Assembly (NCBI RefSeq): GCF_001186125.1
Contig: NW_014040549.1
Location: 230,319-271,893 of the forward strand
DNA: 41,575 nucleotides
Direction: 5' to 3'
Origin: Sphaeroforma arctica JP610
Lineage: Eukaryota
Part shown: in pieces, positions 1 to 31,879 of the stretch
Numbering within the stretch: the stretch's first letter is position 1
How the letters are laid out: each line of letters starts with the position of its first letter
Made by a program: the position numbers and the translations under genes
Notes under the pieces: model-generated
Database searches by the model: none
Told to the model about the DNA's origin: nothing
What the model saw: only the letters and a program-made list of their open reading frames with translations

Positions 1-792
1 TATACAAATATAAATATAGACGCAGACATAGACACAGAACGAAGTATATATACATACACACAATATATATATGCATACACATGCACAAACACAAAAAGAT
101 ACACATACATTTGACCGTATATGTATGCAATCGTTTCTACACACATACAAGCATACATACATACGCGCACGTTAACTACACTATATAAAACATATGACAA
201 GTAAACATATACCGAACATTGAAATTCACCTGTTAAAAATATGCACTTAACTTTCCGTTATTCAGACGATAGGTGCTCTTTGGTATATAGATAAGTTAAA
301 TATGTACAAGACTCAGTATATCACGATATATAATTCATTATTTTGTATATATATATTGTAATATGTCACCCAAAAAGGTAGTTGAGCATAGGAGACCCCT
401 CATACAACCTGTGATCATATCATATTTATTAATGGTGGATATTTAGTCCTCCAGAGCTCTTCACAACGATATGTTGATCTGAAAATCAATACAATCCAAT
501 ATTTGGCGCGTGTGTATCATACAAATATATTTGAGTCGATATAAATTTCACCTACACACCTCCATGGGTAGTCACATACAATATATGGATGCCATACCCC
601 TAAATTGATTGTCCATTTATGTTTTCAAAGTCGCACCGCGGTCACACGATAGATGTATTGTAGCTATCCTTTTCTTGTTCCAACAACTAAAAATACTAGT
701 GCTTGGAAACTTTGTAATTATTTATATAGCAAATGGCCATTGATATACATACCCGTGAATGCATTTCTGTCTTTATTTATTTATTTATTTGA

Positions 793-793
793 G

Positions 794-842
<49 letters not shown>

Positions 843-846
843 GAGA
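793..846. repeat. (GA)n microsatellite
   Basis: Direct GA run upstream of the + strand gene. Confidence 0.95.
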
Positions 847-1071
847 CTCTCCTCTGATCGAAAAGATTACATACCTGTATTTTTTATTTGTTTTTTTATA
901 TAGAAAATAACTAGCGATTGAAAATACCGTCGGTTCTTCCACTTTCCCCCCTCAGGGCCTCGTGTCTGGTCATATACTTGCGGCATATGCCTCTTAGAGT
1001 GATCACATTGCATACGTACATTCACAAATAAATATCAAAGTCAAGAATCGAGGGTGTAACGATCTACTACC

Positions 1072-4000
1072 ATGTCTACTTACAGGTCTTTTGGTACGTT
1101 CACAACCTTGTGGTCGACTGCTCAAAGACTGTCACCCGTGTGCAATCAGGCAAAGCCAGTAGCAGCCCGTTGTGCAGGTATGTGTTATTGGAATCCTGCA
1201 TAAGCGTTACTTGATAGTATAGATCTTACTAAAGGAGAATGTGTTGCTTAATAGAATGGAGCCTGCTCAACGAGCGTGTGCCATCTAGTCTAAGTATAGA
1301 CTCGTTGTTAGTCGGGTATGTGTTTACTCTCTAGCGAAATGTACTTATATGCAACTATGTGTTTTGATAATTTAGGAATTGTGCGATAATTGGTTTGCAG
1401 GCAACCCTGTTCATCGATAGCATTATGATGAGCTTTTAGACCGTGTTTGGTCCCTACTGGGAGTGATAGCACCGATCTGGGCGTGTGCGTTCGTTGTGCG
1501 AGATGTTGAGGAAAATTATTTCTTTGCCATTGATTGTTGAACTTGGGGTTAAATCGGATCGCCTTAACGCTCTAGTATGCCGTAGTCAATACAATTCACA
1601 TGTTACATCTAGAAATATGTCATTCACTAGTACAAGAATAAGTGGGCTGAGTGGGTAACTCTATTCCGTTGTTAATATTTGATGCCGCAACTTCTACTCT
1701 GTCGCCAACATATGTACACCGCTGAACATTGCAAAGGGGGCATATGTTCATAGTAGAATGAATGGCCCTGTGCATATATGCCATCAGATACTAGATCAAC
1801 TACAATAGTTGCGAACTCAGTCAGGGCTCAAAGATGTTTGCAAGACATCGCAATTGTATGTGCATGGTGCACACAGTGTGGAGCGCAAATTTAGTACTCG
1901 GGGGTTCTTTTGCGCTGGCTATTGGCCCACGCAATGGCTTGATTGTACGCACGGGCGAGCTCTCAGCTCCTCGTCAGAAACGACACTTCCCGTAATCTTT
2001 CTCTTGCACTTATTTTCTTGTACACTGAGAAGATACTAATTATACCTGGACACGTGCACATCGCTACATTCTTATACACTTGTACGCGTATAGCGATACT
2101 CATACTCGGAGCCACACGGACACTCTTCTTCAGTCCTTCTCTTGCATATAATATCTTAACACATTTGAACATATGTAGTGAGACTTGGGCATGTGGATAT
2201 TGTCCCGTGGTCTTTCACTCGCACGTAATATCTTACACATTTAAACATGTGATACTTGAATATGTGGATATTGTCCCGTGGTCTTCCTCTCGCATGTAAT
2301 ATCTCACAAATTTGAACATTTGTAATGATACTTAGATATGTAGATATTGTCCCATGGTGTTTCTCTAGCACTTAGCAACTCGTACAGTTGTCTATATGTA
2401 ACGATGTGCGGACATGTGGCTCGCGTGACTGCATCGTTGCTTATCCCCTGGCTGTATTGGCAACCGCATGGTTCCCAACGTATCATAGTAAATAGTAGAT
2501 TTCCTGTTTTTCTATCTTTCTATCTATCGCACCTCTATCGCAGCACGTGATCCACCCAATTATGTATGTATGGTGCGAAATTCGGGCACCAGATGTATGG
2601 ATCTAAAATATTCAGACATAATCAGTCATGCGTCTGATAATTATTTGCTCATATCACGTGTTACGAGGCTGGATCTAGAGCGAGTGCATTCTCTATGCTT
2701 CGCATTCTTCGCTCATAATTACACATATTCCGGTTTAATACTTATGTGGAGTGACCCTCTTTGTAGAACTCAGTAAATAGGCCTCCATGGCATTCTTAAT
2801 AAATTAGGCGTCCTTCGCTATACGAAATACACTTGTACATGTATCGTCTGGACTCCAAATGAATTTGCTTTCAATCATGTCTGTTGTGTTGATTGCTGTG
2901 CATAGTCAGGTGCATGGTCACGAAGACCACTCCCGTGAAAGATGGGAACACGGTAGAAAGCCGAGCTTTTATACACGAACGCGATAGTGGGGAAGTGGTA
3001 CTTTCTTACCTGGAAGACGACACGCTGGCCCGAGGTGCGTGTGTAATTATTGGCATACCTGCATATTTTGGTTGTAGTGTGTCTAAAGTCATTCACTTGT
3101 ATTGTCTTGTACTGGTACATGTGGGTTCTCTCACGGTCAGCACTATTCAATTACTACGAGTGTGTCTTTTGTCAACTTGTCACAGTTGTATAATGTTCTG
3201 GTTCTCCACTACTACATCGTGTGAGGGTTTCTCATAGAGTATGTCCACCTGTGTGGGACTCTTTGTCTGTGGTACTCTCCTCTCGTTAGTTGGCTGGGCA
3301 TACATCTGAGACGCGTGTTCGGGTTCATTCACTGGTAAGGGGCACGGGCACTTGTATCAGACTTTCGTGTCTGGCATGAATTACTGGCCTAGGGCATAGA
3401 CGCGTGTGAGAGTTGTGTGTGTTTAGTACTATTCACTCATATGAAACGCTCTTTTACCTGACACTTTCGTAATTGACCACAACCACTATGTGTATGGCAA
3501 TTTGATGGGGGACTATGCGTCCAGCATAACTAAAAAACTCGAGGATCATACTTGCATTACCGTATTCACTAGTGCAGGACATGGCGCTTTTGTGAGATGT
3601 TGGTGTTTAGCGTCGATCATCAGTATTGCATGGACAGTTGTGAGCAACTCTCGTGACAAGCGTCAATCGCGAGTACTGGGTCTACACGCTTGTCTGGGAC
3701 CTTTTGTGTCCCGCAACGATCATTAGTACCTGGCACATAGGGACTTTCTTGTTGGTAGTTGTTTTTTATAAATCTGTAAAATGGGCACCTTTATGAAGCT
3801 CTCGTGAAAGATGGGAAGTATCATATGGTTGGCTGAGTTCCTAGAGGCGATATTACTAGGGGCCATGGTATAAAAATATCTATTAGCTGTTTCAATAGAT
3901 GGTTGCTCGGTACGCGCTCTTAGAAATCACATCGGCGCCGCTTAGACATTGTTGTGACAGCCGCATACCTTTGAGAGCTGTTTTGTAATGCTTATATAGT

Positions 4001-4707
4001 AACACTTTCAGCTAACCATGAGTCACTATCGAGGGAAAGTCCATTCCCTTTGTTGTGTAAACTTTAGCTTCAAATATACATATCTTAAAGGACAATGTGG
4101 TTTTTAGTTGACATATTTGTGGAACAAGCATCTTGACACACCAAGGCATCCCTGTTTGATGTAGGTCCCGCCGTTATAGGATGGTTGAAACGAGGGTGCA
4201 GTGTAACACCTGCCAACTTTGAAGATAACAAAGAATTTATCAGATTCTTTCAGAAAGTAGTCGGCGATAATATAGTGGATGACGAGGACCACAAGTACCT
4301 TGCCCAGATGATTGACGTAGGTTGGATGCACGTGAATGATCCTAGGAATCCACCCTATCAGAATAGGTACGTACCAATGTTTTTAATGGGGGTTCAAGCG
4401 CATATTGCCTGTCTTACGTTCGGGTAACCTTGTCCTGGCAATCATTGACAGTGTGTTGTGTGTAAACGGCAGCCTGTCGTTCGTACATGTTTTTGACACA
4501 TAATTATATTTAATCCATAAACTCTTGCTACCTTTCAGGATTGCCGAACACGAAGATATATTAGGTAGTGTACGCGTGGCAGAAGGGAAGATGGTGCCGG
4601 GCACATATGAGCCTATGCCGGTACACCGCGTAGTATCACCTAAGGGACTCATGCGGTTACAACCATTCCTTCACGATCGGTTGCTTCGGGCTTATTCTGA
4701 GATATGA
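1072..4707 (+). CDS. Spliced gene (exons 1072-1177, 2906-3034, 4165-4366, 4539-4707), about 201 aa; conserved uncharacterised protein, possibly mitochondrial
   Basis: GT-AG introns with matching phases (1,1,2). The assembled protein runs MSTYRSFGTFTTLWSTAQRL... (Ser/Thr/Arg-rich, presequence-like) ...GWMHVNDPRNPPYQNRIAEHEDILGSVRVAEGKMVPGTYEPMPVHRVVSPKGLMRL. This resembles a family of uncharacterised fungal proteins (GWxHxxDxRxPPxxxRIxxxEDIxGSV), recognised from memory. Confidence 0.8.
2130..2375. repeat. Degenerate intronic tandem repeat, unit about 70-75 bp, about 3 copies
   Basis: Recurrent gatattgtccc(g/a)tggt cores near 2197, 2268 and 2343, each preceded by aatatct...attt(g/a)aacat. Confidence 0.8.
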
Positions 4708-6727
4708 TCGTCCAAGTCCTATATGGCACGATTATGACAGTAAAATAAGATGAATATTCTCACTCAAATATATATAGGACAATTGACACGCGCATAATGC
4801 TGCATATAATTTAAATATACAAAAGTGGTACACGCCTGCAGCATCGAATCACATCTCTATTGAATAATATATTCTGTTCGGAGCATGTATGTAGCGCACT
4901 TTTAGTATTTTATGCATTGTTTGGCTTCTCAATTCTATACAGGGCTGCTTCGGTATAGCTGGCGCAATCGTAGGGTGTATTTGCAGATATAATTGTCTTA
5001 ATTGTCTACCCTGATTGTTTTCGGATTAATTCCGGATCCACATAGTACTTAACCCGAAATGATGTTCGTACTGTCTTGAAAGTCGGCTCCACTCGAGAGT
5101 ATAGACTCGTGTTCGCAGCGAATGGCTTGTTATACTGAATTGTATCTCTGTCTGATACATTAAAGACTGAATCATGAATCAGTAAGCTCAACAAAATAAT
5201 TCTGCCTGATACGATAAACGCTATCGCACAGCGAAAGCAAGCTCAATACAATGTGCTGACGCTACATACTTTGCGCAATAGACCCACTTCAATATAGTAT
5301 GATGTAGGCTCTCGCAGGCTAGACTGATGTGATTTTACAAGCAGTCTTGTCACGGCCCATGCGTTGCTCAGTAATATTTTTGGTGTATATCGTGTTTATT
5401 TTAGGTCCCAACAAGGTGTATAATGATTTTCTGATTGATTCAGTCATTTCTATTGAGTAGCGCCGAGCCACATCATATCCGCGAGGGTGGGATCTCGTGA
5501 AATAGAAGTTTTTCTATTCGGATTCTTTGTCCACGCTCGTTGACATATAAGGCCTTTGAAAATGATATGTCATGAATTTATGCATCAGATTGGAAAGTTC
5601 ACAATACGTGCATAATCCTACGCATCTAAATCACGTGAGAAAGCCTCATGAATGAATGAATCTTAGTCATCAAATGGGACATATGCGAACATGTGCGAGT
5701 ATACGAAGTGATGTAAAAGCTGCTCTATTGTCTTCAAAACGTCTATTTAACAATAATTTATGCTTTGAAATGTGAACGGATTGATTTCAATACGTGTATA
5801 AGCAGATATTGTACCAAATGTTTGTTTTCGAGCGGAATCAACATATAATCAACGAATGAGAATATGTTGGGAGATCCATTCCTATATGTACCGAACAGCT
5901 GGAGGATTTGAATAACTGACGCCGCTAACATCCTTATTGGGCTATCATTTTGTGCTAATAGATTACTGTACAATCGTGTGATAAATATCATTTGCATTGA
6001 TGAAGAATATAGTCGTTTTCATAATTTTCTGCTCCGTGAATCACCACATGTTGGGTACTATTATATGCCTCGCTCATGGGCAGGCGGTAATAATAAATTT
6101 GATCCCATCCTTCTAAGTTCATTTTTGAAATAAGTTTAATTGATATTATACTTTCATAACACGCTACATACTGCGTGGCATTACTATTTTGTATATATCA
6201 TCAGTCTGGCGGATGATACATTCATCCCATTCAAATATGCACGCACTAGCCATGTGAAGGCTATGGGTACCACAACCGCTCGAATATATCATCGCGGCTA
6301 AGGCCTACTTTCTTAAGGAGCAGCAGCCACGTACGGATGCACAATACGTATTGGCTGTGCACTCCGATGCGAACAACTCAGCGCTCCAGCAGCAGCCCGC
6401 AGATGTGAACGCCTCCCAACGAACACACCTGTGGACAAATACTTGCTTAGACAACTATTCTGCGTGAGTAGAGAAAGACTGCCGATGGCATGGGGATTCT
6501 TTGCGGCTGTCAAAGTTCAGTTATGAAATTAGATTACCATTCTTCAACACCCCCAGCACATATCTATCCAGGTTGGTGGTAGTCATATGAGTGCACTCGA
6601 TTTACCGAAAGGTTGAATATGGTACACATCGCTTGCGTACAGTCCAGGTATGCAGCGACCAATTCTCACATGGGACTCAGGAGCCTGCACGCAAAGTAGG
6701 AGCAAATCTCTTGAAGCATACGGAATC

Positions 6728-25288
<18,561 letters not shown>

Positions 25289-25730
25289 ACTGTATAGAAT
25301 TGCTTATGTAGATACAGGCTTACAAACTGACAGTATTCTGTTCTGAGAAACGAGCTTCCACTGATGTATGTACTTGAGCGTAGGCTTGTACACGTGGCGA
25401 TTAAAAGGGGAAGTTGACCATAAACGCACTTCCGTTTGCCTATACAACAGAGTATATTCGTGTCTCTCTCTGGCTTCACCCACTACCATAGGTGAAATAA
25501 ATATACAATACAAGAGTACTACACACCTGCGCTGGCAACAAAACGAGAGACTACACACCAAATCCTCTCTAACTTTCTCTCTCGTGGGCTTGTTTTGGCG
25601 GAGGAAATTACACAATGTAGGTGAATAAACTACGGTTTATTCAAATACAAACAAAGTGACAACCGACAACCGACCCAGTTTTTATTTGATAATAAAAAAC
25701 TTGGAACATAGACTACCCCGCAAAGGGGAG

Positions 25731-25917
25731 TGAGCTGAGCTCAGTGTCAGAGCGAACCAAGTTCACTCTACCGGTTTTAGAACCCTACACCAGGTTTTTC
25801 TACAGTGTGCCCACCGGGTCCACCACGCGGACCAAAGTCCCACTCGGATATGCATATATCCAGTTTTCACATCAATAAACCCTTTAGTTCTTCCAAACCA
25901 AAGTTTATAGAGGTTCA
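25731..25917 (+). repeat. Candidate 5' LTR (TG...CA, 187 bp)
   Basis: Ends gttca, 2 nt before the PBS; contains a TATA-like catatat (about 25853) and AATAAA (25874). The left boundary is uncertain because no second LTR is available for comparison. Confidence 0.45.
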
Positions 25918-25919
25918 TA

Positions 25920-25929
25920 GGTTATGGGC
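25920..25929 (+). promoter_or_regulatory. Primer-binding site GGTTATGGGC (half-tRNA-iMet priming, Drosophila copia/Ty5 type)
   Basis: Complementary to the anticodon stem-loop of initiator tRNA-Met (GCCCAUAACC); lies 23 nt upstream of the gag ATG. Confidence 0.8.
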
Positions 25930-25951
25930 ATTTATTTTGAACTCTCTCTCT

Positions 25952-26996
25952 ATGGTTCGAAGTTCTGACGACGACTCTGTACGAGTCTCATCCTACAATG
26001 GTCCCCGCCTCGCTCTAGACGGGGCCAACGTTGACAAGTGGTACGCCAGACTAACTGTCAACTCCATAGCCGGCCAGAAACAATCCTTGGCTCACATCTT
26101 TGAGTTCCATGATCAGACACCCGACGAAGTTGCCGACATCACATCGCAACAGGTATCAGCAGCGATTGAACAGAGACTCCTTCACGCCCGGACCCCCCTC
26201 CGCCACCCCACGCTCCAGCGCACTACGCTAGCCAGTACTTTTCTCGATGATCACACTATAGACTCCACGTACCACAAGGCCCAATCCTTGCATATGCGTT
26301 TATTTTCTGACGAAGTCATTGACTCTCTGAACCAAGGGCTCCTCATCGCCCCACCGTGGGTCCTTCTTGCACACCTGCTTCAGGAATACGGCCATATGTC
26401 TCACAAGAAGTATAAGTCAATCAATAGACAATACCTTCGAGATTTTGAACGAGAACCAACCAAACACGTGCGTATATGAGCTACACGTTGCTCCAAACTC
26501 CAAGAGCTTGCCGAGAATCAACAACTAATTCTCACTAATGACTTCATCATGGATATATTCCTCCGTGGTCTGGACTCCGATAAACAGGAACAAGCACACC
26601 AATATCTTGTCAACAGACACCCACGGCCCACCCCACCACCCCTATGCATCTACAAGCACCTTGAAACATGGGCACAAACTAAACCTGATTTCGTCAACGC
26701 CCCCCACTGTTGCCGCTATTAAGCCTACTAGTCAAGCAAAAGGGGTCACATCCCCGACTGACCAAACACTTCAACTACTGCTTAAACATCTGGATCGCCT
26801 TGAGGGCGCAACTGCTAACAACCAACACCATAGCACTCAAGCACACCATGCACAAACACGTCCTCCACCCGGCCGCCCTCCGTGCTTTGTATGCTGGTCT
26901 ACAAACCACACTGCAAATGTATGCATGCGTGCGTGTGGTCGCTGCGGTACTAAGGATCACATGAACAAGGACTGCACTGCTGGCTTGCCAAGCTAA
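25952..26996 (+). pseudogene. gag: Copia gag, frameshifted, with two CCHC zinc knuckles
   Basis: MVRSS...RLALDGANVDKWY resembles the copia gag N-terminal LxGxNYxxW motif; knuckles CFVCWSTNHTANVC and CGRCGTKDHMNKDC at about 26883-26975. Confidence 0.85.
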
Positions 26997-27099
26997 GGGA
27001 CACAAATCTATTGTATGCGGTAAACATACCAATAAAGACAATTTCCCCTATTTGCATTATCCCAAAATTGCATCCATCACTATTGATAATTCTCTATGA

Positions 27100-30000
27100 C
27101 GTCACCAAGACCACCTACAGGTAGACAGTGGTGCTGGTGTCAACTATATACCAGACTATCTTTCACATCTATTAGTCGATACACACACAGGACAGTTTTT
27201 ACTCCGTCTCGCCGACAATTCTACCATCATTATTATACTCAAGCGTGGTATCCTACCCGGTCTTGGTGTTACTTATGTCGGAACAAATGAAATCCAGCCG
27301 TTGGTATCGCAAAACCAACTTCAAGATAACGGGTTCCATCTTATTTTCCCCCAAAATACAAGATAGTGCATTATCAAACACTCGGACAACACATTATACC
27401 TGTCACAAAGTAAGGAAGGGTACCATGTTCTATACCAGAAACTCCATCAATTGACAACACTCTTGTCAACATGTCCCCCTGCAGTCAAGAATGCCACGCC
27501 ACAGCACTCCAAGCAACCACCAACTGCAACGCACCCGACTATTGACAGCACACAGCAGCAAACCAACCAACCAAGCAACTCCTGCTACGCAACGCCCTCC
27601 TGCCGATACGCCACAGCAAACCAACCACGCACCGGCTGTAACGCCACATGTGACACCACAACGCAGACATGCTCCCACCCAACCACCCGCGGGCACACAA
27701 AACACTAACACACAACAACGTGTACACACTCAGCCTGCACCCGCTGCAGATGCAAACACCAGGGCCTCTCAGTCCACCACTCAGCCAGCAACAACAACCC
27801 CTGCATGAGGTACAACACAATCATATGACTCCTACCATCGAGTCATGGGTCATCTCAGCCGTGCAACCACACTAAAAATGGCTAAGAAAGCAGGCATCAC
27901 ACTCACATTCCCACCGACAGTGAACGTTCGCACAGAATAATGGTTTCTTAATAAGAAAGATGTGCTAGACGGTCTCACATACCTGGATGTGGAGTGTGAT
28001 ATCGACCTATGTGCTTACAAGGATAATGAGCAAGCGCCTTTATTTACCGGCCCGGACGGTGGCATCGTCGATGACTGGCGCAAAGTCACAACTTTGTAGA
28101 TTATAAACTATGCTATACTAATCCTAAATGGTCTGATATATCCCAGATGCTGGCTGTTAACGCATCCTCCGGACTAAACTAGTTATGGTTCTCCCACTCC
28201 GTCCTTGTGCAAAATGGTGGAACACAATCATGTCCCGGATACAGTCACAGCCATACATCATACGCAACACAGAGACCACGTTCCTACGCCACGGTGACCA
28301 AGTTGTCGGCAAACCATCATGGACATACACACTTATTGCACTAGTTGGGCCAATACACACGTTCGTATCTCCACAACAAACACTCAACGATGCTATTATC
28401 TTTGTGCGTGCCAATCCTGAGTACCCTAAACACTGCCCTGTCTGCATCGAGGGTAAAATCCAGAACAAGAACGTGCACATGGCACAACCGACTCTCCAAG
28501 GACCCATCCCAGCTAACAGAAATGGATACCGATACACCCTCAATATGATCTTTGACGCCACTAAATTTGGCACTCACTCCCAACTCAAAGCGAAAGAAAA
28601 CATGCACACACACATCCGCAAGTTACTAGTTCAAATACCACGCCAATGAAAACCTCACACCATCGTTGCCGACGGTGACTCCGTTTTCAACAGCCGCAAC
28701 ACTCAAGAGGAGATACTCACAGACAAAATTATCATGAGACAACTCCACCCAACACACTGCAACTCAATGGCCTGGTCGAACGCGCCCATGGTACTCTCAA
28801 CGGACTCACACGTACAGCACTTTTGGATGCCTGTATGCCTTTACCATTATGGGGTTATGCCAAAACTTGGGCTGATTACATCTGCAACACTACGCTTGCC
28901 ACCAAAAACATGCACAACACATCACTTGAATCATTTCACCAATGTAAGCTCATCTGCAATCCCACAGCTCGATTTGTATGCATTGTAGCCTTCCGCCTCT
29001 CCGATGATACACTTAAGAAACAGCACAAGTACAGCACTCGCGTGGTCTTGATGTATTCTTGGGCATGACACCCAACTCTACCACTGACACTTATCGCATT
29101 CGAAATTTGGCTACACAACACATCCTCGACTGCCGCGATATCAGATTTTACACTAGTGAGAATGCTCAATGGTCTTCAGATGGCAAGCGTGCAACACGAT
29201 CAAAAACCCCATCGTCTTACACCATACCGACACTGTGGACAAACCCTGCTACGACCACTAACAATCCACAATCGACCACTGTCCCCTATGTTGGTCCGGT
29301 ACCACCACCAGCTACTGCCCCGCTCCCGGATTCAGTTCCCTCCAATGGTACCAGTCCCAACACTACAACCAATACCGTGCCACCCACCCCCAATATGCAC
29401 GGTCCCACTAACACTGATACAATATCACATACCTTACCACATCCACCACTACCACCAACGCAGTCACCTACCGCAGTACCATTACCTGTCCCCAGCAGCA
29501 CTAATCCTGTCCCTGCCGATCCCCTGAACCAATCCTTTGCCTCCAATGACTCTCAGCACAACAACCATGGCTCGTGCACTTCTCACTCGCACACTTCGTC
29601 GTCCGACTACCACTCATTCTCCGACTCATCCTCTCCACCTGGCCCACCTGCCTGGTGGGCCTCCTCCCCTGATACGTATCAGCATTTTGTATAAAAAAAA
29701 CATGCTGCCCTGGTCGCCCAGCGAGCTAAACAGCGAGCGGCTGCTCATGATTACGAACTTCGCTCTCTACCTTCATCTACAACAACCACCGCCCAGGCTT
29801 CTCCCCCAGTACGCACGCCCCAGCCAACACCACTCTTTCAGGTTCCACGAGTGACACCAGTGGCATTCACTCCAGCTCCAGCCTTGGATCCATACCTTCG
29901 TACGCAGTCCACTCCTCATACCCAACCTGCTAATTTTACCACCCACCCGCCTACTGAATCCGGTCCGGCTGTACCCACCCGCCCGTCAATCGCGACCGCC

Positions 30001-31683
30001 TCGGAAACATCTACTCATGCTGAGCAGATTCTCCCACCTTCCGCCTTCGCCATCACACCTTCTAATAGATCTGAGATCACTCTCCTCGAAATTGCTTCAC
30101 TGCTTGATGACAATGTCCCCAAATCTATCCCAGCCGCGATGAAGCTTTGTGGNNNNNNNNNNNNNNNNNNNNAATGGCACACAGCTATCACAAAGGAATT
30201 CACAGCACACGCAAACAATCACCTCGCTAACAACATATAACAGTCACAGGTACCGCCACATACAAAAATTATACACTCCAAGTATGTATTTGCACGCAAG
30301 CATTATGAACATGGCAACCCAACAATATACAAAGCACGCATGGTCGCACGCGGCGATGAACAAGAAAAAGGAGATTCATATCTTGATACGTATGCCCATG
30401 CTGCTTCCGCCGTCACACTCCGCCTCTTCCTCGCTGCGGCTGCCGCCTCGGGTAAGGCTATTGATCACTTTGACGTTGACTCTGCATCTCTATACAGCAA
30501 ATTAGACACACCAGTTTATATGTAATCCCCTAAAGAAGCTATTGAACTCGGCCACTACTCGCCAGGAACCATTCTCCGCCTTAAACGTGGACTATATGGA
30601 CTCAAACAGTCTGGCCGAATATGGAACTTTGACATCGCTGACAAACTCATGCAACATGGCTTCACGCAGAGCGCCGCAGACGAAAGCATTTGGAACCACT
30701 CCACACGCGACATCTTTGTCCTATTATACGTTGATGAGATTCGTCATCCCACAATGCCATCCACCACAGACAGTACCTGGCTCTACAGCACACTCTCCAA
30801 ACATTACAGTCTCAAAATTCTCGGCCGCGTCACACATCTAGTTGGCATACGAGTTACACAACACAACGGCTGCATCAGTATAGACCAATAAGCGTACATT
30901 GAACGCATGCTCCACGCATTCCAACTTGTCGACGCACATCCTAAACATACACCAGACACTGACACACACCCTGGCCACTTAGACGGCGATCCGGATACAG
31001 GCAAATACCGCCGCCTGCTCGGCGCACTTGGCTACGTTGCAAATATGACATGTCTGGACATTGCTTGCACACTCAATATGCTTGCATCATTCAACACACA
31101 GCCACTTTGAGCCCACTACGAAGTACTTGAACGTATCCTCCTCTATCTGGGAACAACAAAAACACATCGCATCACTTACCGCCCTCTCACCAACCCTAAG
31201 GGCAGAATCGCAGACACATCAGTTGCCTACACAGATAGCGACTGGGCCACATGTCCACTCACACGTAAATCACAATCAGGCATGCTAATATGTCTCAACA
31301 ACTCACCGGTGTTCTGGAAATCTCAACGGCAAAAGGACGTCAGCCTTAGCTCTGGCGAAGCGGAGTATATGGCAGCATTGGAAACAGCACTCACATCGCA
31401 TTGGACTCGCAACATACTTACTGCTCTTCGTTGTGACTCACATCAACACACGTCCCTACACATCGACAACCAGAGTGCCATCATAATAACACTTGGCACG
31501 GACACACCTAAAGGCCTGAAGCACATTGACATCCGTCATCCCTATCTCCGGGACTGTGCTCGCCGCCACATGCTCAACTTACACTACATCAGTACTCACG
31601 ACAACTCCGCCAACTTTCTCACTAAAATCCTCGGTCGCACTAAGCACGAGAAATTCACATCAATGCTACTCAACACAGCATAA
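27100..31683 (+). pseudogene. pol: Copia pol: protease, integrase, reverse transcriptase, RNase H (disrupted)
   Basis: PR VDSGAGVNY (27121). IN HRVMGH (27836) ... CPVCIEGK (28434), LQGP, ADGD, LNGLVERAHGTL. RT YKARMVARG, HFDVDSASLY, LYGLKQSGRIW, LLYVDE. RH YTDSDWA, RKSQSG, SLSSGEAEY, IDNQSAI, KHIDIR. Confidence 0.95.
27935..28350 (+). pseudogene. N6-adenine DNA methyltransferase-like domain (phage Dam/DIRS MT type) embedded in copia pol
   Basis: Reconstructed with 1 stop and 2 frameshifts: E*WFLNKKDVLDGLTYLDVECDIDLCAYKDNEQAPLFTGPDGGIVDDWRKV/NFVDYKLCYTNPKWSDISQMLA/RTKLVMVLPLRPCAKWWNTIMSRIQSQPYII...TFLRHG...GKPSW. Motif-I-like DIDLCA...N at 27998 and NPPY/W-like NPKW at 28120-28131. Confidence 0.75.
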
Positions 31684-31879
31684 CACTCTCTCAGTACGCA
31701 CTTCCGCTTGATACACAACCATACATTCATAAACATACATACTCACACACACATACATCACTAGTGAGAAACTGATTGTCGCTACACTACACACTTCGCA
31801 ATTCCCATACTAACAGACAAACTACAAATTACACAGCACACACACTGAAATTCGTTGCCTGTGAATACAACTCGACTCA

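Noticed and set aside
4710..6727. Cyclophilin exon completing a canonical RanBP2
   Set aside because: The reading frame stops at 6728 and I found no cyclophilin motifs in the downstream ORFs
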